In this document: positions 13,536 to 26,812 of the stretch, piece by piece
Numbering within the stretch: position 1 is the stretch's first letter
Layout of the letters: each line of letters starts with the position of its first letter
Origin: Squalus acanthias
Lineage: Eukaryota
Reading direction: 5' to 3'
Length of the DNA: 64,000 bases
NCBI GenBank assembly: GCA_030390025.1
Contig: CM059438.1
Coordinates: forward strand, 19,530,001-19,594,000
Position numbers and translations under genes: made by a program
Notes under the pieces: model-generated
What the model saw: the letters and a program-made list of their open reading frames with translations, nothing else
The model's database searches: none
What the model was told of the DNA's origin: nothing

Positions 13536-16085
13536 CTGTTTCAAACAAGCACCAACGTATCTTTAATACTGCATAAACCAAATCTTTTTGTAGTTAATAA
13601 CACATCATTCAAACACAGTGGGCGGTGGAGAAAGAGAGATATTCAAGCGGGCCCAAAACAAGTGTGATATTGGCAGGCCCCACAAGCCAGAGGCTAGAAT
13701 CGGGAAGCTATAACCATATTCAGGTGCAGGCTTCATTTAAATGTTATTAGCGAGCTGCAGGTACCAAAACAGGTTCCTGCTGTAGCTCAATCGTCCAGCC
13801 TCTACACAGAGCTGGGCGACAGATAGGGCTTGGAGGGAGTGGGCGAGAATGGGTCGAAGATTTGTGCGAGGCCAGGAGGAGCATGAATAATTGTGTCCCC
13901 ACAAAAATCTTGATTCAAAAAAAAAGGATCACTGGTTAGGCTCCATACCTCTGGAAAAACAGACTAGCGCGCACTCTGCATGCTTCGCCCATTTGTACAC
14001 AAGACCTCAATTTGCCTGTTTTGGGCAGGAGTGCTGAGTGCCCATTTAAAGGCCTGCTTGAAAACTGAATCAGGCGGGAAAATGGGTGTCCAAGATCTCT
14101 GCCGGTTGCCTGTTCTTCCGGCGAGAAAGGGGCAGTTGAAAATCCAACACCCCCCCCCCCACAAAAAGGTATCAGAATCAACAGGGTGTGACTTTAATAC
14201 ACTTAGGGTATTACAAAGTTTGCTGAAATCAACTTACTAAACTACAATAGCTGCATTTCCTGAAGTAAATTTAGCAAGTAAAAGTACCACAGTACGTTTA
14301 TAATTAGCATTTTGCAATAAGGGATGATGTGGTAGAGCCAAAGAAGAATTAATGAAGAAGTAATTTACTGATTAGATTTAAACAAAAGCCAGGTAAGTAT
14401 TTTTCCCTCTCCCAGAAATTGAGGCAGCAGATTACTACTTGTTTCAAGTCTATTTTTCCCCTCTACATCTGTGGGAATTAAGGATATAAAAAAAGATACT
14501 TCAGTTTTTACTAGGAGAAGCAAACCTCAAGGTACAGAACTGTATTAATGTTCTTTTGGAAGAAAACTATTTTCCATTGATGTGCACATTTCAAGCAGCT
14601 TGAAGCGAGATTCTACAGATGTGCCAGGACTGCATATGCTCCAGAGTAATGAGGAATGCATTCAAAACACAGACCTGGAAACTGGCTGCAAATTCAATAC
14701 CTCCAAACACACAGATGAATGAACTCCTAACACTAGAAGACCTTACACATCTAGACATCTTTTGTAAAAGTAATGCAAGTCACATTTTACTTATACTCAC
14801 TTTACCTTCTGAACTCCCTGTAAATTACTGGGTTTTAGTGATCCCTTTTTGTTGCAATACATATGTTGCACAGCCAACTAATCCATTTTTTATTCAGGAA
14901 CTTCAGTGGAACTCTCCATCTCTAACCCCGCACAAAAAAAACCTCCCTCATTTTTATTCATGATTTGCAAAACTGTATTACTAAGTAAAGAATCAGAAGA
15001 GAACTCAAATATGTCCTTATAAATGGAAAATATAGTTTGTTTGTACATTTGTTTTAATTTATGTGAAATCCCATTTCTAACTGCAACCTGAACTTCCTGA
15101 AATAAATCAAACTAATGTGGAATTAAAAAAAAATAATTGGCTTAAGCTTGACCTTATTCCATTTCCTTTTTGGGCCTCTTCCTACACTCCCTTATAATAA
15201 TGAAGGTTTCCATTCTACAGTATTTTCAGCACTGGCAATGAATACAGACTAGACCGTCATCATAAATGGCCCAAAATTGTGACTATTTCTGATTTATACT
15301 TTCCATGGCTTTTGTTTTACTCTGGGGGAACTTTGCAAAAAGCCTACAAGCACAGCACTAACGCAAGGCAAAATTAGTTATTCATTTTGAAGACAACTCA
15401 AACACCAATCTCTCCTTAATATTCTTGTAATTGTTTGAAGTACAGAAAAGCTGACAAACAATTTAAACCAACGTGATTACAGGCCATCCAGTTTCAACAG
15501 AGGCTAATGGGGAAAATGGTAACCATCAGTACCCGTGTTCCTGTAATATGTTAGTAAGACAGATGCTGAACTCCTCACTGTAGGAAATAACCTGAATGAC
15601 TGCACTTGAGAAACTTACTTTTGTTTACATACAGATTGGAATGTTTAATTCTATGACCATTTTGACTTTCCAACTTCAGCACAGCTCAACAGAATTTCTG
15701 CACTAATGCTTTCCTCAACCAAAAGTTTTCTACCTTGTAAGTGACTCATGGCGTTTACTCAACACAAGCTAAAACCAGGTTACATTATGCACTCTGGACC
15801 AAGTGAATGTACACAAGCTTTTGAAACTGTGCTGAATCCAACTATTGTACATATATTAAATATAAATTTTTGTTCTCCCTTCTTCACAGACACAGATTTA
15901 CCATTGAAATGCTTTGTTCGCATTAGCTTTAGGCAAATGAATGTTTAATGACATTCTTAAATAATAAAATTCAACAAAGCTAGTAAGTGCATCCAATTTT
16001 TAATTGTTAACTGATGAATAATTCATCTGAAACTACTTGACATTCCTTCTACTTTTTTTTAGCTTCCCCCTTGAAACATTTTGCC

Positions 16086-17005
16086 ATATAGTCATAGAGA
16101 CACAGAAGGAGGCCATTCGGCCCATCTAGTCTGTGCTTGTTCTCTGCAGAGCAATCCAGTCAGTCCCATTCCCCTGCTCTAGCCCCGTAGTCCTGCAAGT
16201 GCTTATCCAGTCTCCCCTTGAAAACATCGAGTGTCTCCGCTTCCACCACTTCCGTCGGCAGCGAGTTCCAGGTTCTCACTACTCGCTGCGTAAAAAAGTT
16301 TTTCCTCACATCCCCCCTGTACCTCTTGCCCAAAACCTTAGATCGGTGTCCCCTAGTCCTTGTACCATCAACTAGTGGGAACAGCCTTTCCCCGTCTAGC
16401 CTATCCAAACCCGTCATAATCATGTACACCTCTATCAAATCACCCCTCAACCTCCTTTGCTCTAATGAAAACAAATCCAGCTTCTCCAACCTGTCCTTGT
16501 AGCTAAGATCTCCCATCCCCGGAACCATTCTGGTAAATCTCCTCTGCACCCTCTCAAGGCCCTTCACATCCTTCCTAAAGTGTGGTGACCAGAACTGGAC
16601 GCAAAACTCCAGTTTTGGCCTAACCAGCGCTTTATAAAGGTTCAGCATAACTTCTCTACTTTTGTACTCAATACCTCTAGTTATGAAGCCCCAAGATCCC
16701 ATATGCTTTGCTAACCACTCTCTCAATATGTCCTGCCACTTTCAGGGACCTATGCATATTAACTCCCAGATCCCTCTGTCCCTGTACACTCTTTAAAACT
16801 GTGCCATTAAGTGTATATTGCCTCTCCCTGTTGCTTCTGCCAAAATGCATCACCTCACATCTCTCTGTATTAAATTCCATCTGCCACTTGTCTGCCCATT
16901 CTGCTAGCCTTTCTATGTCCTGTTGCAGTCAATTGGCATCATCCTTACTGTTTGCCACACCCCCAAGTTTGGTGTCATCGGCAAATTTAGAAAATCTACT
17001 CTGTA
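16086..17005 (-). mobile_element. CR1 LINE 3' end
   Basis: ORFs 16677-16880 and 16160-16726 (LVRPKLEFCVQFWSPH...FFTQRVVRTWNSLP). Confidence 0.92.
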
Positions 17006-19267
17006 TTTCAGAAATTATTATTCTATTTAATAATTACTACAGGCTTCTCTAAATAATGCTGTTGAAACCAAATGATGAAATAAGGAATATATTCATTTAA
17101 AAAATAGAGATGAAACTTTCAAATTAATTCCTGCTCCCCCATCTAACACTTGATTTTTCTCCCCCTTTTCTTTTGGTCTTTCCCCACTTTGCCTCCCGTG
17201 CAAGCCTAAGTGGCAGGCCAGCAACATATTCCCATATGACTGCCAATACCATTCACGTAATGACCAAAACCGCACAAGTTGTGAAAAAGCACCATGCAAA
17301 GACTGGCTCTTGGATTTCCCCATCATCCTTATGGTGGTGATTTGGGGGGTGGAAGAGTATCTTGCCTCCACTCAGTGCCTCGCCAGTTGTAACTGGAATT
17401 TCTATGAGTGGGGAACTGTGGGTGTGAACCCATGTTATCCCATGCAGCGGTGCAGTGTTTAATTAGCAGACCAAGACCACGCTGTCCCTTCCACCTAACA
17501 ATCAAAGAGTTATGGTTATCAAAAGGAAATAGTTTATAATTTATGTTATAGAATTAGGACCATAAACTGAAATTAAATAGCCTATCTTAAAGGTCATAGC
17601 AGCCTTGCAGAAAAAAATCCATTTTTTTCAAGACAAAACTAATAAAACATATTTTTAATTGAAGAACTTTAGTGGAACTCTCCTATATGAGAAATGGGTG
17701 TTAACTGGTGAGTAACTACAACACACAGGCTAAGTCATTTAGAGCCCACCATGGCTCCAATTTTCTTTCACTATATTAAAGATAACAGCTCTTTACAGGC
17801 CATATCACAACTATCACTTAATACTTCAAAGTGACAGTTCACCATTTTGGAGCCTGAACACTAAACTTGCAAACTATTTTTCCCAAATATGAAATGTTAT
17901 ATGACTGAGCATTAAATCATCAGGACTGAATACAATAACACTGGAACATCGAACTCTAATTATCCTCTCCAACAGTATTGGCATTAGACACTTAGATGAA
18001 TGATGTAAACAGTTCTGTAGCTACCTGACATATCTTTAAGTTAACTGGAAAATCTCTGCAAGACAACTTTGAAGATTAAACATGCCACTGGTCCATCGCT
18101 TTCAAATTGCTTCATTTGAAACCCTGCAGGCATCCCTTTCCATTCTTTGCAGCCACCAGCTGCTGACTGTCAGGTGCCTTTTAGTTGCACTTGTGACTCT
18201 ATCAGCACTAATTACATCAACAGATGGCACAGAAAACCTATTGTTCGACAGTGGGATCCTTTTAATGTTACATATTGTATTTCCCCATCTTGATTTGATT
18301 ACCTTTTACATCCTAAAATGATGTATTTGACAACAGTGCTGTATCAGAACTTTTGTCATTCAGTGGCTACCTATTTGACTCAATGGTTAACTACAGAAGG
18401 GTGCATATTCAACAAAGAGTGGAACAGTGGCGCCCCACTGCATTCCTTCAATTGAAATCTGAAGATATATTTTTAGGAAAAGGCATGCCATGAATTTGTT
18501 TCAAATGATATCTTACTGGGTACAATAGCTAAAAGTATGTGTACTCGTACTTAATGGTTAAATTAAATTATACAAACTTGTATTCCAGAGACTGGAACTG
18601 CATTTTTACTTTGGGTATCCAATTTTGGATCTAGCTCAAAAAACAGGTTGGGGTAATCCAGTTCCCAATGTATGGACTCGATAACAGAAAACTGATACAA
18701 AATTCATAATTACACTAAATTAAATTTTAAAAAAAATTTCACAGAAGTTTGTTTCCACTAAAATTCTGAAAGTAGAGCCTTTGAAAAATAGTATGGTTAC
18801 TAATAGTGTTTATTATCACTGATCTGCCTTTCTGGTGTTGGTGGAATATGCATGGACAGTACCAGTTGATTCTCTCAGATTTCTCCTCTTCCCTTAAACA
18901 AACTGATGATGCTGGGAATCATTGGCATGAAACGGTATATCTATCAAAAAAGGTCAGAGTACTAACCCACTGTGTCACCAGCCTGCTCCTTGCAATTTGT
19001 TCCTTTAATACAAAAGTGTCATAGGCGCTTACAATTCCATTCTTGGTCAAACCAGTCTGTTTAAACTCGTATGACTAACATAATGGTAATAGCTGTGTTC
19101 AGCAACCACAACCTCATGCTCGATCCCACAATCTGAGGACAAACAACTTCTTTCAAGAACTTGATTTAAATACTTTGCGTATTCTTTCCTTTCAAAACTA
19201 AATAAACCGACGTAGCGGATAGGTGACTCTACCACAGTTGCAATAGTTCAGCTCCAATTTCAAACTA

Positions 19268-19979
19268 ATGGGCGTCCTTGTGCAAGAAACACAGAAAGAT
19301 TGCATGCAGGTACAGCAAGCATTAAGGAAGGCAAATAGCAAGTTGGCCTTTACTGCAAAGGGGTTGGAGTATAAAAGTAAGGAAGTCTTGCTACAATTGT
19401 ACAGGGCCTTGGTGAGACCACACCTGGAGTACTGTGCACAGTTTTGGTCTCCTTATCTAAGGAAGGATATACTTGCCTTGGAGGCAGTGCAACGAAGGTT
19501 CACTAGATTGATTCCTGGGTTGAGAGGGCTGTCCTATGATGAGAGATTGTGTAGAATGGGCCTATACTCTCTGGAGTTTAGAAGAATGAGAGGTGCTCTC
19601 ATTGAAACATACAAGATTCTGAAGGGGATTGACAGGGTAAATGCTGAGAGGTTGTTTCCCCTGGCTGGAGTGTCCAGAACTAGGGGGCATAGTCTCAGGA
19701 TAAGGAGTAGGCCATTTAAGAACGAGATGAGGAGGAATTTCTTCACTCAGAGGGTTGTGAATCTTTGGAATTCTCTGCCCCAGAGGGCTGTGAATGCTGA
19801 GTCTTTGAGTATATTCAAGGCTGAGATCGATAGATTTTTGGACTCTAGGGGAATCGAGGGATATGGAGATCGGGCGGGAAAGTGGAGTTGATGTCGATGA
19901 TCAGCCATGATCTTATTGAATGGTAAAGCAGGCTCAAGGGGCCATAGGCCTACTCCTGCTCTTATTTCTTATGTTCTTA
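19268..19979 (+). mobile_element. CR1 LINE 3' end
   Basis: 207-aa ORF with LYRALVRPHLEYCAQFWSP...FFTQRVVNLWNSLP and a ttcttatgttctta tail. Confidence 0.92.
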
Positions 19980-21742
19980 ATGACATTCATATTCCAATTA
20001 TTGTGCTTCTAGAAAGACACATCTGCTAAATGACTTGCTGCATACTGCTTATTATTATTTTAGGTTAAACTTAGATATTTCTCTTTTATTAAAATGAGTA
20101 ATAGAAGATTGTGCGGCAATGCATTATGTTCAAACACCAAAGCATTGTACCATTGAATGGGGGCTAAGTACCTGACACCACATGGGGAGAGAGGGAAAAT
20201 TCAAAAAACACTGGGCTGCACGTGTGTATCACATAGCAGCTGGATGGCTAAGCAAGGAGCGCAGTAGCCCACCCCGCCAAGATCTGTAGTCTGGCAAGGC
20301 CTGTTTGGGAGAAAAAGATTGGCCGGGGTGGGGGGGGGGGGAGGGGTGGCAGGAATATAGGACTATCTGTTTTTTAAAATGTAGGGTATGAGAAAAATAC
20401 ATATGAAAATATTACCTCCGTGATAGTTTACCTATCGAATTTATAGTACTTCCTGTACAGTAAACTTAATGCAGCCGTGATGGTAGTAACTTATGCTGCC
20501 AGGCTGAGTGGTATGTTTGAATTCTGGTCCCCAGAGGTCAAACACTTTTTTGAAGATGGAGATTGTACTGGGTCCTAAATTCTATCAGTTGTCTAGGCAA
20601 ACAGATGTACGGATATCAGAAGGAATATTTTATGTACTTACAAAGTTGTAATGTGAAGGTAAGGCAGGGATATGTACAGTTAAACGGTTGTCAGCTTTAC
20701 AGTTGACTGTTCCCAGACACCGTCTCAGTAGTTGATTAATGTGCACTGTCTCCTTTGAGCAATACTATAATCTACAGATCAACAACATACTGTTTTCAGG
20801 TGTTTTTTGTTACACAGCTGTTACTAGCACAATGTTCTCTAATAGAACCATTTCCTGGCAAAGTAATTTTGAAGTTTTAGTGTTTAAAAGTTATTCATCA
20901 AAACTCAAAGTTCAAACATAATCCATTGCCACTGCATATAGTAGAGATCAATTTGTAACTAACCAGCTAAGGGAACGATCATCTTAACTACCAAAATTTT
21001 AAGATATTTCTAAAAGGGATGCCGTTTTAAATTTGAGTTTTGGTGAGTAATATCAATTAATATTAAAGTTTTAAGATTTAGTGGCAAAGACCTGTTTAGT
21101 GTGCCTGTATTACACCCTAAAATATTACTTTTAATTTTTTTTAAACGCTTACCTATTTTTCTTCTCAACCCTCTTTTCCCAACGCACACTTGAATACGTG
21201 TGCGAACGCCTCCATACACACATACATGTGCGCTCTGTGCCCTTAGGTTATCTCATGATACTCATCATTCGCTGCTGAAAATATGCAGATAACCTACACT
21301 GAGCTGTGCCGGTGCTGCTTTTAAACAAACCTCAAGATTAGGGTTATGGTGGCTGAGGATGACCCATCCTTCAATGTCCATTCCATCATTAGAAGGAAGG
21401 CAAAGCAGTTAAAACCAGATATTGATTATGTGGGAATCATGGTGTATTAACTCTGAACTATAAAAAGCATGTTCCATCGGCCTATACTACATTTTCAAAA
21501 TGTTCTTCAGTGTTTAGCACCAGTTTTCACCTCCAAAATGTCATTAAATGCAAGATCTATGACGGAAAACATTAGCTGCTTAAAACTTTAATGATTTCTT
21601 TATTCCTTAAAGAATAGTCAATTCTTTCTTTATATAACATGTTTCTTAAAACATGGGTCAGGGCACACACTGGGCTCTTGTCTCATGAACTACTTTAAAT
21701 CAGAGACAATGGCTCCCTTTAAGTGCTGAAGGCCAACGCTTA

Positions 21743-22250
21743 CAACAACAACAACTTGTATTTATATCGTGCCTTTATGTGGTCAGGAGCTCATTTCATG
21801 GTCAAATATGACACCAAGGTTGCAAACAGCGTGGTTCAGCCTCAGACAGATGTTAGGGAGAGGGATGGAGTCTGCGGCTAGGGAATGGAGTTTGTGGCGG
21901 GGACCGAAAACAATGGCTTCCCAATATTTAATTGGAGAAAATTTCTGTTCATCCAGAACTGGATGTCAGACAAGCAGTCTGACAATTTAGAGACCGTGGA
22001 GGGGTCGAGAGAAGTGGTAGTGAGGTAGAGCTGGGTGTTGTCAGCGTACATGTGGAAACTAACTGTGTTTTCGGATGATGTCGCCAAGGGGTAACGTGTA
22101 GATGAGAAATAGGAGGGGGCCAAGGATAGATCCTTGGGGGACACCAGGGCTAACGATGCAGGAGCGGGAGGCGAAGCTGTTGCAGGTGATTCTCTGGCTA
22201 CGGTTAGATAGATAGGAATGGAACCAGGCGAATGCAGTCCCACCCAGCTG
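21743..22250 (-). mobile_element. L2-clade LINE fragment with 3' tail joined directly to RT core (internal deletion)
   Basis: [13 protein letters not shown] and YADNTQLY...CLSDIQFWMNRNFLQLN, with tail caacaacaacttgtatttatat at about 21743-21777. Confidence 0.85.
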
Positions 22251-22296
22251 AACAATTGTAAAAATTAAGGACACAACAAAGATTTATGGCAAATAG

Positions 22297-22728
22297 TTTT
22301 TTTAAATTTGTTTATGGGATGTGGGCATCGCTGGTAAGGCCAGCATTTATTGCCCATCCCTAATTGCCCTTGAGAAGGTGGTGGTGAGCCGCCTTCTTAA
22401 ACCGCTGCAGTCCGTGTGGTGAAGGTACTCCCACAGTGCTGTTAGGGAGGGAATTCCAGGATTTTGACCCAGCGACGATGAAGGATCGGCGATATATTTC
22501 TAAGTCAGGTTGGTGAGTGACTTGGAGGGGAACTTGGAGGTGGTGGTGTTCCCATGCACCTGCTGTCCTTGTCTTTCTAGGTGGAAGAGGTTGCGGGTTT
22601 GGGAGGTGCTGCCGAAGAAGCCTTGGTGAGTTGCTGCAGTGCATCTTGTAGATGGTACACACTGCAGCCACGGTACGCCGGTGGTGGAGGGACTGAATGT
22701 TTAAGGTGGTGGATGGGGTGCCAATCAA
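22297..22728 (-). mobile_element. LINE 3' end (CR1/L2 group)
   Basis: LNIQSLHHRRTVAAVCTIYKMHC...SFIVAGSKSWNSLP...FKKAAHHHLLKGN* followed by AATAAA and a short tail. Confidence 0.8.
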
Positions 22729-24209
22729 GTTTATATAAAATAGAACTAGGAAAAATACTTAAATGCATAAAACAGGGAGAATGATTCGGGTAGAGCAAAG
22801 TAACTTAGTATACTACACCATTAATATACACTTTTTGTTGCAGTAATCACCAAAAGAAAATGCATTATTACAGCTCCTGTGGGTTGCGGTTAACAGCGGC
22901 AATTTTTCACTGAGCTGCAGGTACATTAAAACTTACATCTTTTCTTAAGACATAAAATCAATTGATTACCAGTTTCCAGGCAGTTATGTGTGACTGACAT
23001 TTCTGATACTGTCACTCTACGCAGTTACTAAGATGTTGCTTCTGTTTTAAGATAATTCAAAATGTTCCTATGTTAAGGTAAACCTAGATGCTGTAATGTA
23101 AAACAGAACATGCCACAAATGTACTCAACAGTAATAAACCGCAGACAGTACTACTGAGTTTAATATTGTTGCAATTTTATTTTAAAATAGCTTCTAATAA
23201 ATTCAAATTTTTTAGATATAGAGAATTATTGTTCGAACACTTCACTTCCCTTCTACAAAACCAGTTTAACTGCCAAGTTAGACCATGTCCTTCTGCATTA
23301 CATGTATGTTGAGCTTGGTTACTGTTTCCTGTCATTGCTGGTTATAGCATTTCAATATGGAAACCCAGAGACAGATTTAAATTGCTCTTTACTTAAACAA
23401 TGTCACTATTCATGCACACCAGATCCATAGTACCACACATTAATTCTGGATACACTCAAAAAAAATCTTGCATGAATAACTACAAAACTAAAATAGGACT
23501 CTATAATGGTTTTCTTTACCTTAACACAAGACATCAGTTTATTATACCTATATCAAACAAATTTCACACATTTATATTCTAAATTACCTATAACGTCAAA
23601 TCCATAAAATGCAAACCATTTCCCTACCCTTTCAATACAGTTGTTCTATCATGTCAAAATGGTTCAATAAAACGTAAAAATATCTCAGTTAGCCATGACC
23701 AACTTGAATTTAAAACACAAAGGATACCCATTTCCACACTAACATCAAGACTACTCCACCATAAGCTAATATAAAACATTAATATATGAAGGGGATATTA
23801 CATTCAGTCAATACTTTAATCCCTTACATCCAATCAGCAACTTTGATGATACAAATCCCTAGAATTTCTCCCTAGCCCCTAATCTTCATGGGCCATATAT
23901 TCTCTGTAGCCAAGATGACAGGTCGGCAATCCGTTCCCAGACTTCCATCAATGCTGAGTTAACCACAAGGAGGTCTGCAAAGTGACCTGGGGTTGACTTT
24001 TCTTGCCCTGTTCCCCATGTTGAGCTGCCTGGTCTGCACTCAGTACTTACCCACAGCAATATGGATGGGGAATGGAGTGCAGCAGCATGAGGAAATTGAA
24101 ATTAGACATTGTCATTCCCCAGAGTACAAATCATTTTACTTTATTTTATTTTAATAAACTGTGCAATTTTTCATTCTATAAGTTATTTATTTATTACAAC
24201 AAAGCACCT

Positions 24210-24720
24210 CACACAAGGAATTATTTCCTACATTACAACAGTGACTACACTTCAAAAGTACTTCATTGGCTGTAAAGCACTTTGGGATGTGCGGTGGTTG
24301 TGAAAGGCGCTATATAAATGCAAGTCTTTCTATTTTTGAATTGCAGTGACTGCTGTATTTGCCTACATAAAAACAGCCACTTTTGGTCAACAATAAACAG
24401 CCAGGAGGTGGACAATCTGGTTTTAAATGGTATTGGTCGATGGTGGTATTGGTTGAAGGAGGAATGTTTCTCCAGATACTGGAAGAATTTTCTGTTGTTC
24501 TTCCAATAGTGTGATGGATCTTTACCATCTACCTGAACCACTGTAACAGACAGATGGGACCATGGTTTAACATCTCATCCAAAGGCCAACACCTCCCATA
24601 AAACAGTGTTCTTTCAGTACTGCACTGCAATGTCATCTCAAATTGCGTGCTCATAATCTGGTGTAAGGCTCGAATTCCCAACTCTGACCCAGAAGTGAGA
24701 ATGCTACGAAGTGAGCAAAG
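24210..24720. mobile_element. Two Deu-type SINE pieces tail to tail (plus-strand 3' end about 24210-24332; minus-strand copy about 24335-24720)
   Basis: tacattacaacagtgactacacttcaaaag...gctatataaatgcaagt, then ggtttaacatctcatccaaagg...agtactgcactg matching 62250-62682. Confidence 0.65.
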
Positions 24721-25262
24721 CTTACAGTGCTCGGCCTGCTCTCGTTTTCTTTCAGCTCTTTTTCATATCTGTGTCTACATTAAATGGCTTCTGTAAGCCC
24801 ACTTAATGTCAGCATCAGCCTAGTATCATGAGTTTTGCTGACAAATTGGACAAGATAAAGGGACTCCACAGAGTGTGCAATTACTGGATAGAACAAGTGC
24901 ATTCCGGAGTAATTCATTTTGAAATTATCTTCATAAATGAGATTTGCAATGCAATCTCCAGAGGGCATTTCCTAAAATCAACTTAACAAGAATACTCCTC
25001 AGAGAATAAAATAAATCATTACCATACTTGAAATTAAACATACCCAGACCAGGTGTAATAATAGCTGCATAAAGAAAACATTGTGTGCAGATGAAAGAAA
25101 ACAAGTAAATCTCTTTCCAACATTATCATTTTTATTTCCCCATCTTTAGAGTTTACAAACTCTTAATTTTGCATATACACTATCAGATCCTCTTATAGGA
25201 CCTGATGTTCTTGTTGACTTCATTACATCAACCACCAGACTGGCTCATCACCCTGTACTTAC

Positions 25263-25337
25263 TTATCTTGTTACCATCATTGGCTGTCTCTTCTGCCCCA
25301 TCACTGTCCTCTTCATTGTCCCCTGATGAAATGGCAT
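25263..25337 (-). CDS. FGFR2: FGFR2 acid-box exon
   Basis: DAISSGDNEEDSDGAEETANDGNKI, compared with FGFR2 DAISSGDDEDD. Acceptor ttttcttccag, donor ATAA|gtaagt, 75 nt, phase 1-1. Confidence 0.93.
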   Translation of the reverse strand: MPFHQGTMKRTVMGQKRQPMMVTR

Positions 25338-25419
25338 CTGGAAGAAAACCATATTCTGTAATCTCCCCAAGATTATGAAAATTTGATATTTGCAAAATGT
25401 TTCTAAAGCATTTCTCCCT

Positions 25420-25442
25420 CCCCCCCCCCCCCCCCCCCCCCC
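25420..25442. repeat. C23 homopolymer (G23 in FGFR2 pre-mRNA)
   Basis: Seen directly, about 80 nt upstream of the acid-box exon acceptor. Confidence 0.9.
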
Positions 25443-26242
25443 TGCAGATGGTCAAAGGGCATTAACCCTATTCCCAATTGATTTGTAACAGTAAAATAAT
25501 TAAAATATCACAATATCCATAATTGGCACCAGTACATAATTAATCTTTTTCGGCTTTGGTGGTTTAAATTGTCCCCTCCCAGGCCAAACACCATTCTAAG
25601 CAGCTCCAACACTGCCTACTGGAAGGATCATGGGAGATGCTTGGCATGACTTGCCCGCAGTTCAACTCCTCCCTTTGATGACTCAGCCAAAATAAGGAAC
25701 TCACTTTGTGGGGCAATCATGGCTACAGTGGTGCCTTAAATTTTAATCAGGAAGTGTACTAAAATCAATCGCTACACTGAAAAGATACTTACAAAACACA
25801 CAAGATAATTACTCACATTTGAGTAGCCCTTCCAGATGCAAACTAAAAGAGCAAGGCGTATATTTTTCTCTAAAAACTGATAAATGAGACCAGCTTAATT
25901 AAAATGCATCCAAACAGAATGATCTGATGTGTGGCAAGCCTTATACTCGTTATTACTGCGGCATATACTATTACAGAAAGTGTACAGGTATTGAAATAGA
26001 ACAACTCTCGAGTCCGAGGACAACCTGCATCACCCTTTTTGAAAACTGCCATATTCCTGACAGCCAGCCCTGCCACACAGTCTGCCAGTTTGGGTTTCAG
26101 TTTCGATTTGTCCACAATGCCAAGTAAAGTTAATTAGATTTTTTTCCCAAGCCTTAAATAAATTCTGTCTGGAGAGGCAACTAGGTCAGCATAAATGTTA
26201 AGCTTTATTGAATTTCTAGGATCCAGTTCAAATGTTACTCAC

Positions 26243-26512
26243 CTGTAATATTTACAACGAAGTACACTGTATCACTGCCTATTGGTCTAATTGCAGTACA
26301 AGCATAGAGGCCCGAATCCTCATGCGTGGCATCACTAATCTGCAAGTACTCTCTGATTATGTAAGTCTTATTGCTGTACCCCAATTGTTCCCCATCTTTA
26401 GTCCAACTGATGCTCTGTACATCCTCTTTCAATGGACATTGCAACTGAAGCAAATCTCCTGGATGCGCTGTGTGCACTTCAGGCTGAGAGATTTGGTAGT
26501 TTGATGGAGGTT
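26243..26512 (-). CDS. FGFR2: FGFR2 Ig-like domain I exon
   Basis: [13 protein letters not shown]...LQCPLKE...ISWTKDG...[19 protein letters not shown]...YFVVNIT matches FGFR2 EPPTKYQISQPE...DSGLYACTA. Acceptor ctttgcag, donor ACAG|gtgagt, 270 nt, phase 1-1. Confidence 0.95.
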
Positions 26513-26677
26513 CTGCAAAGCAAGAAAAGGAAGGAAGGTATGGGAAGGAAAAGGAAAGTTGCAATATAGGTCAGAAAATCTGACTTCAGTTGATGCCCCA
26601 TTTTGCCTTAAAAATAAGCAGTGGTAAGCCAAAGTTTAACATTAGAAATTAAACCACATCTGCCACTTAGACTCATT

Positions 26678-26812
26678 GGGGGTAATTTTTAACTTTTTGC
26701 AATCGTGTAAAACGGATGATACAAGGAAGGGAGAATCAGTAGAAAGCATATGACGGGTGGCCGATCTGCTATCACCCGTTTTACACTATTGCCAAAAGAT
26801 AAAATTACCCCT
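26678..26812. mobile_element. Short hairpin MITE
   Basis: ggggtaatttt...gtgtaaaacggatgata pairs with tatcacccgttttacac...aaaattacccc, TSD ATT. Confidence 0.7.
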
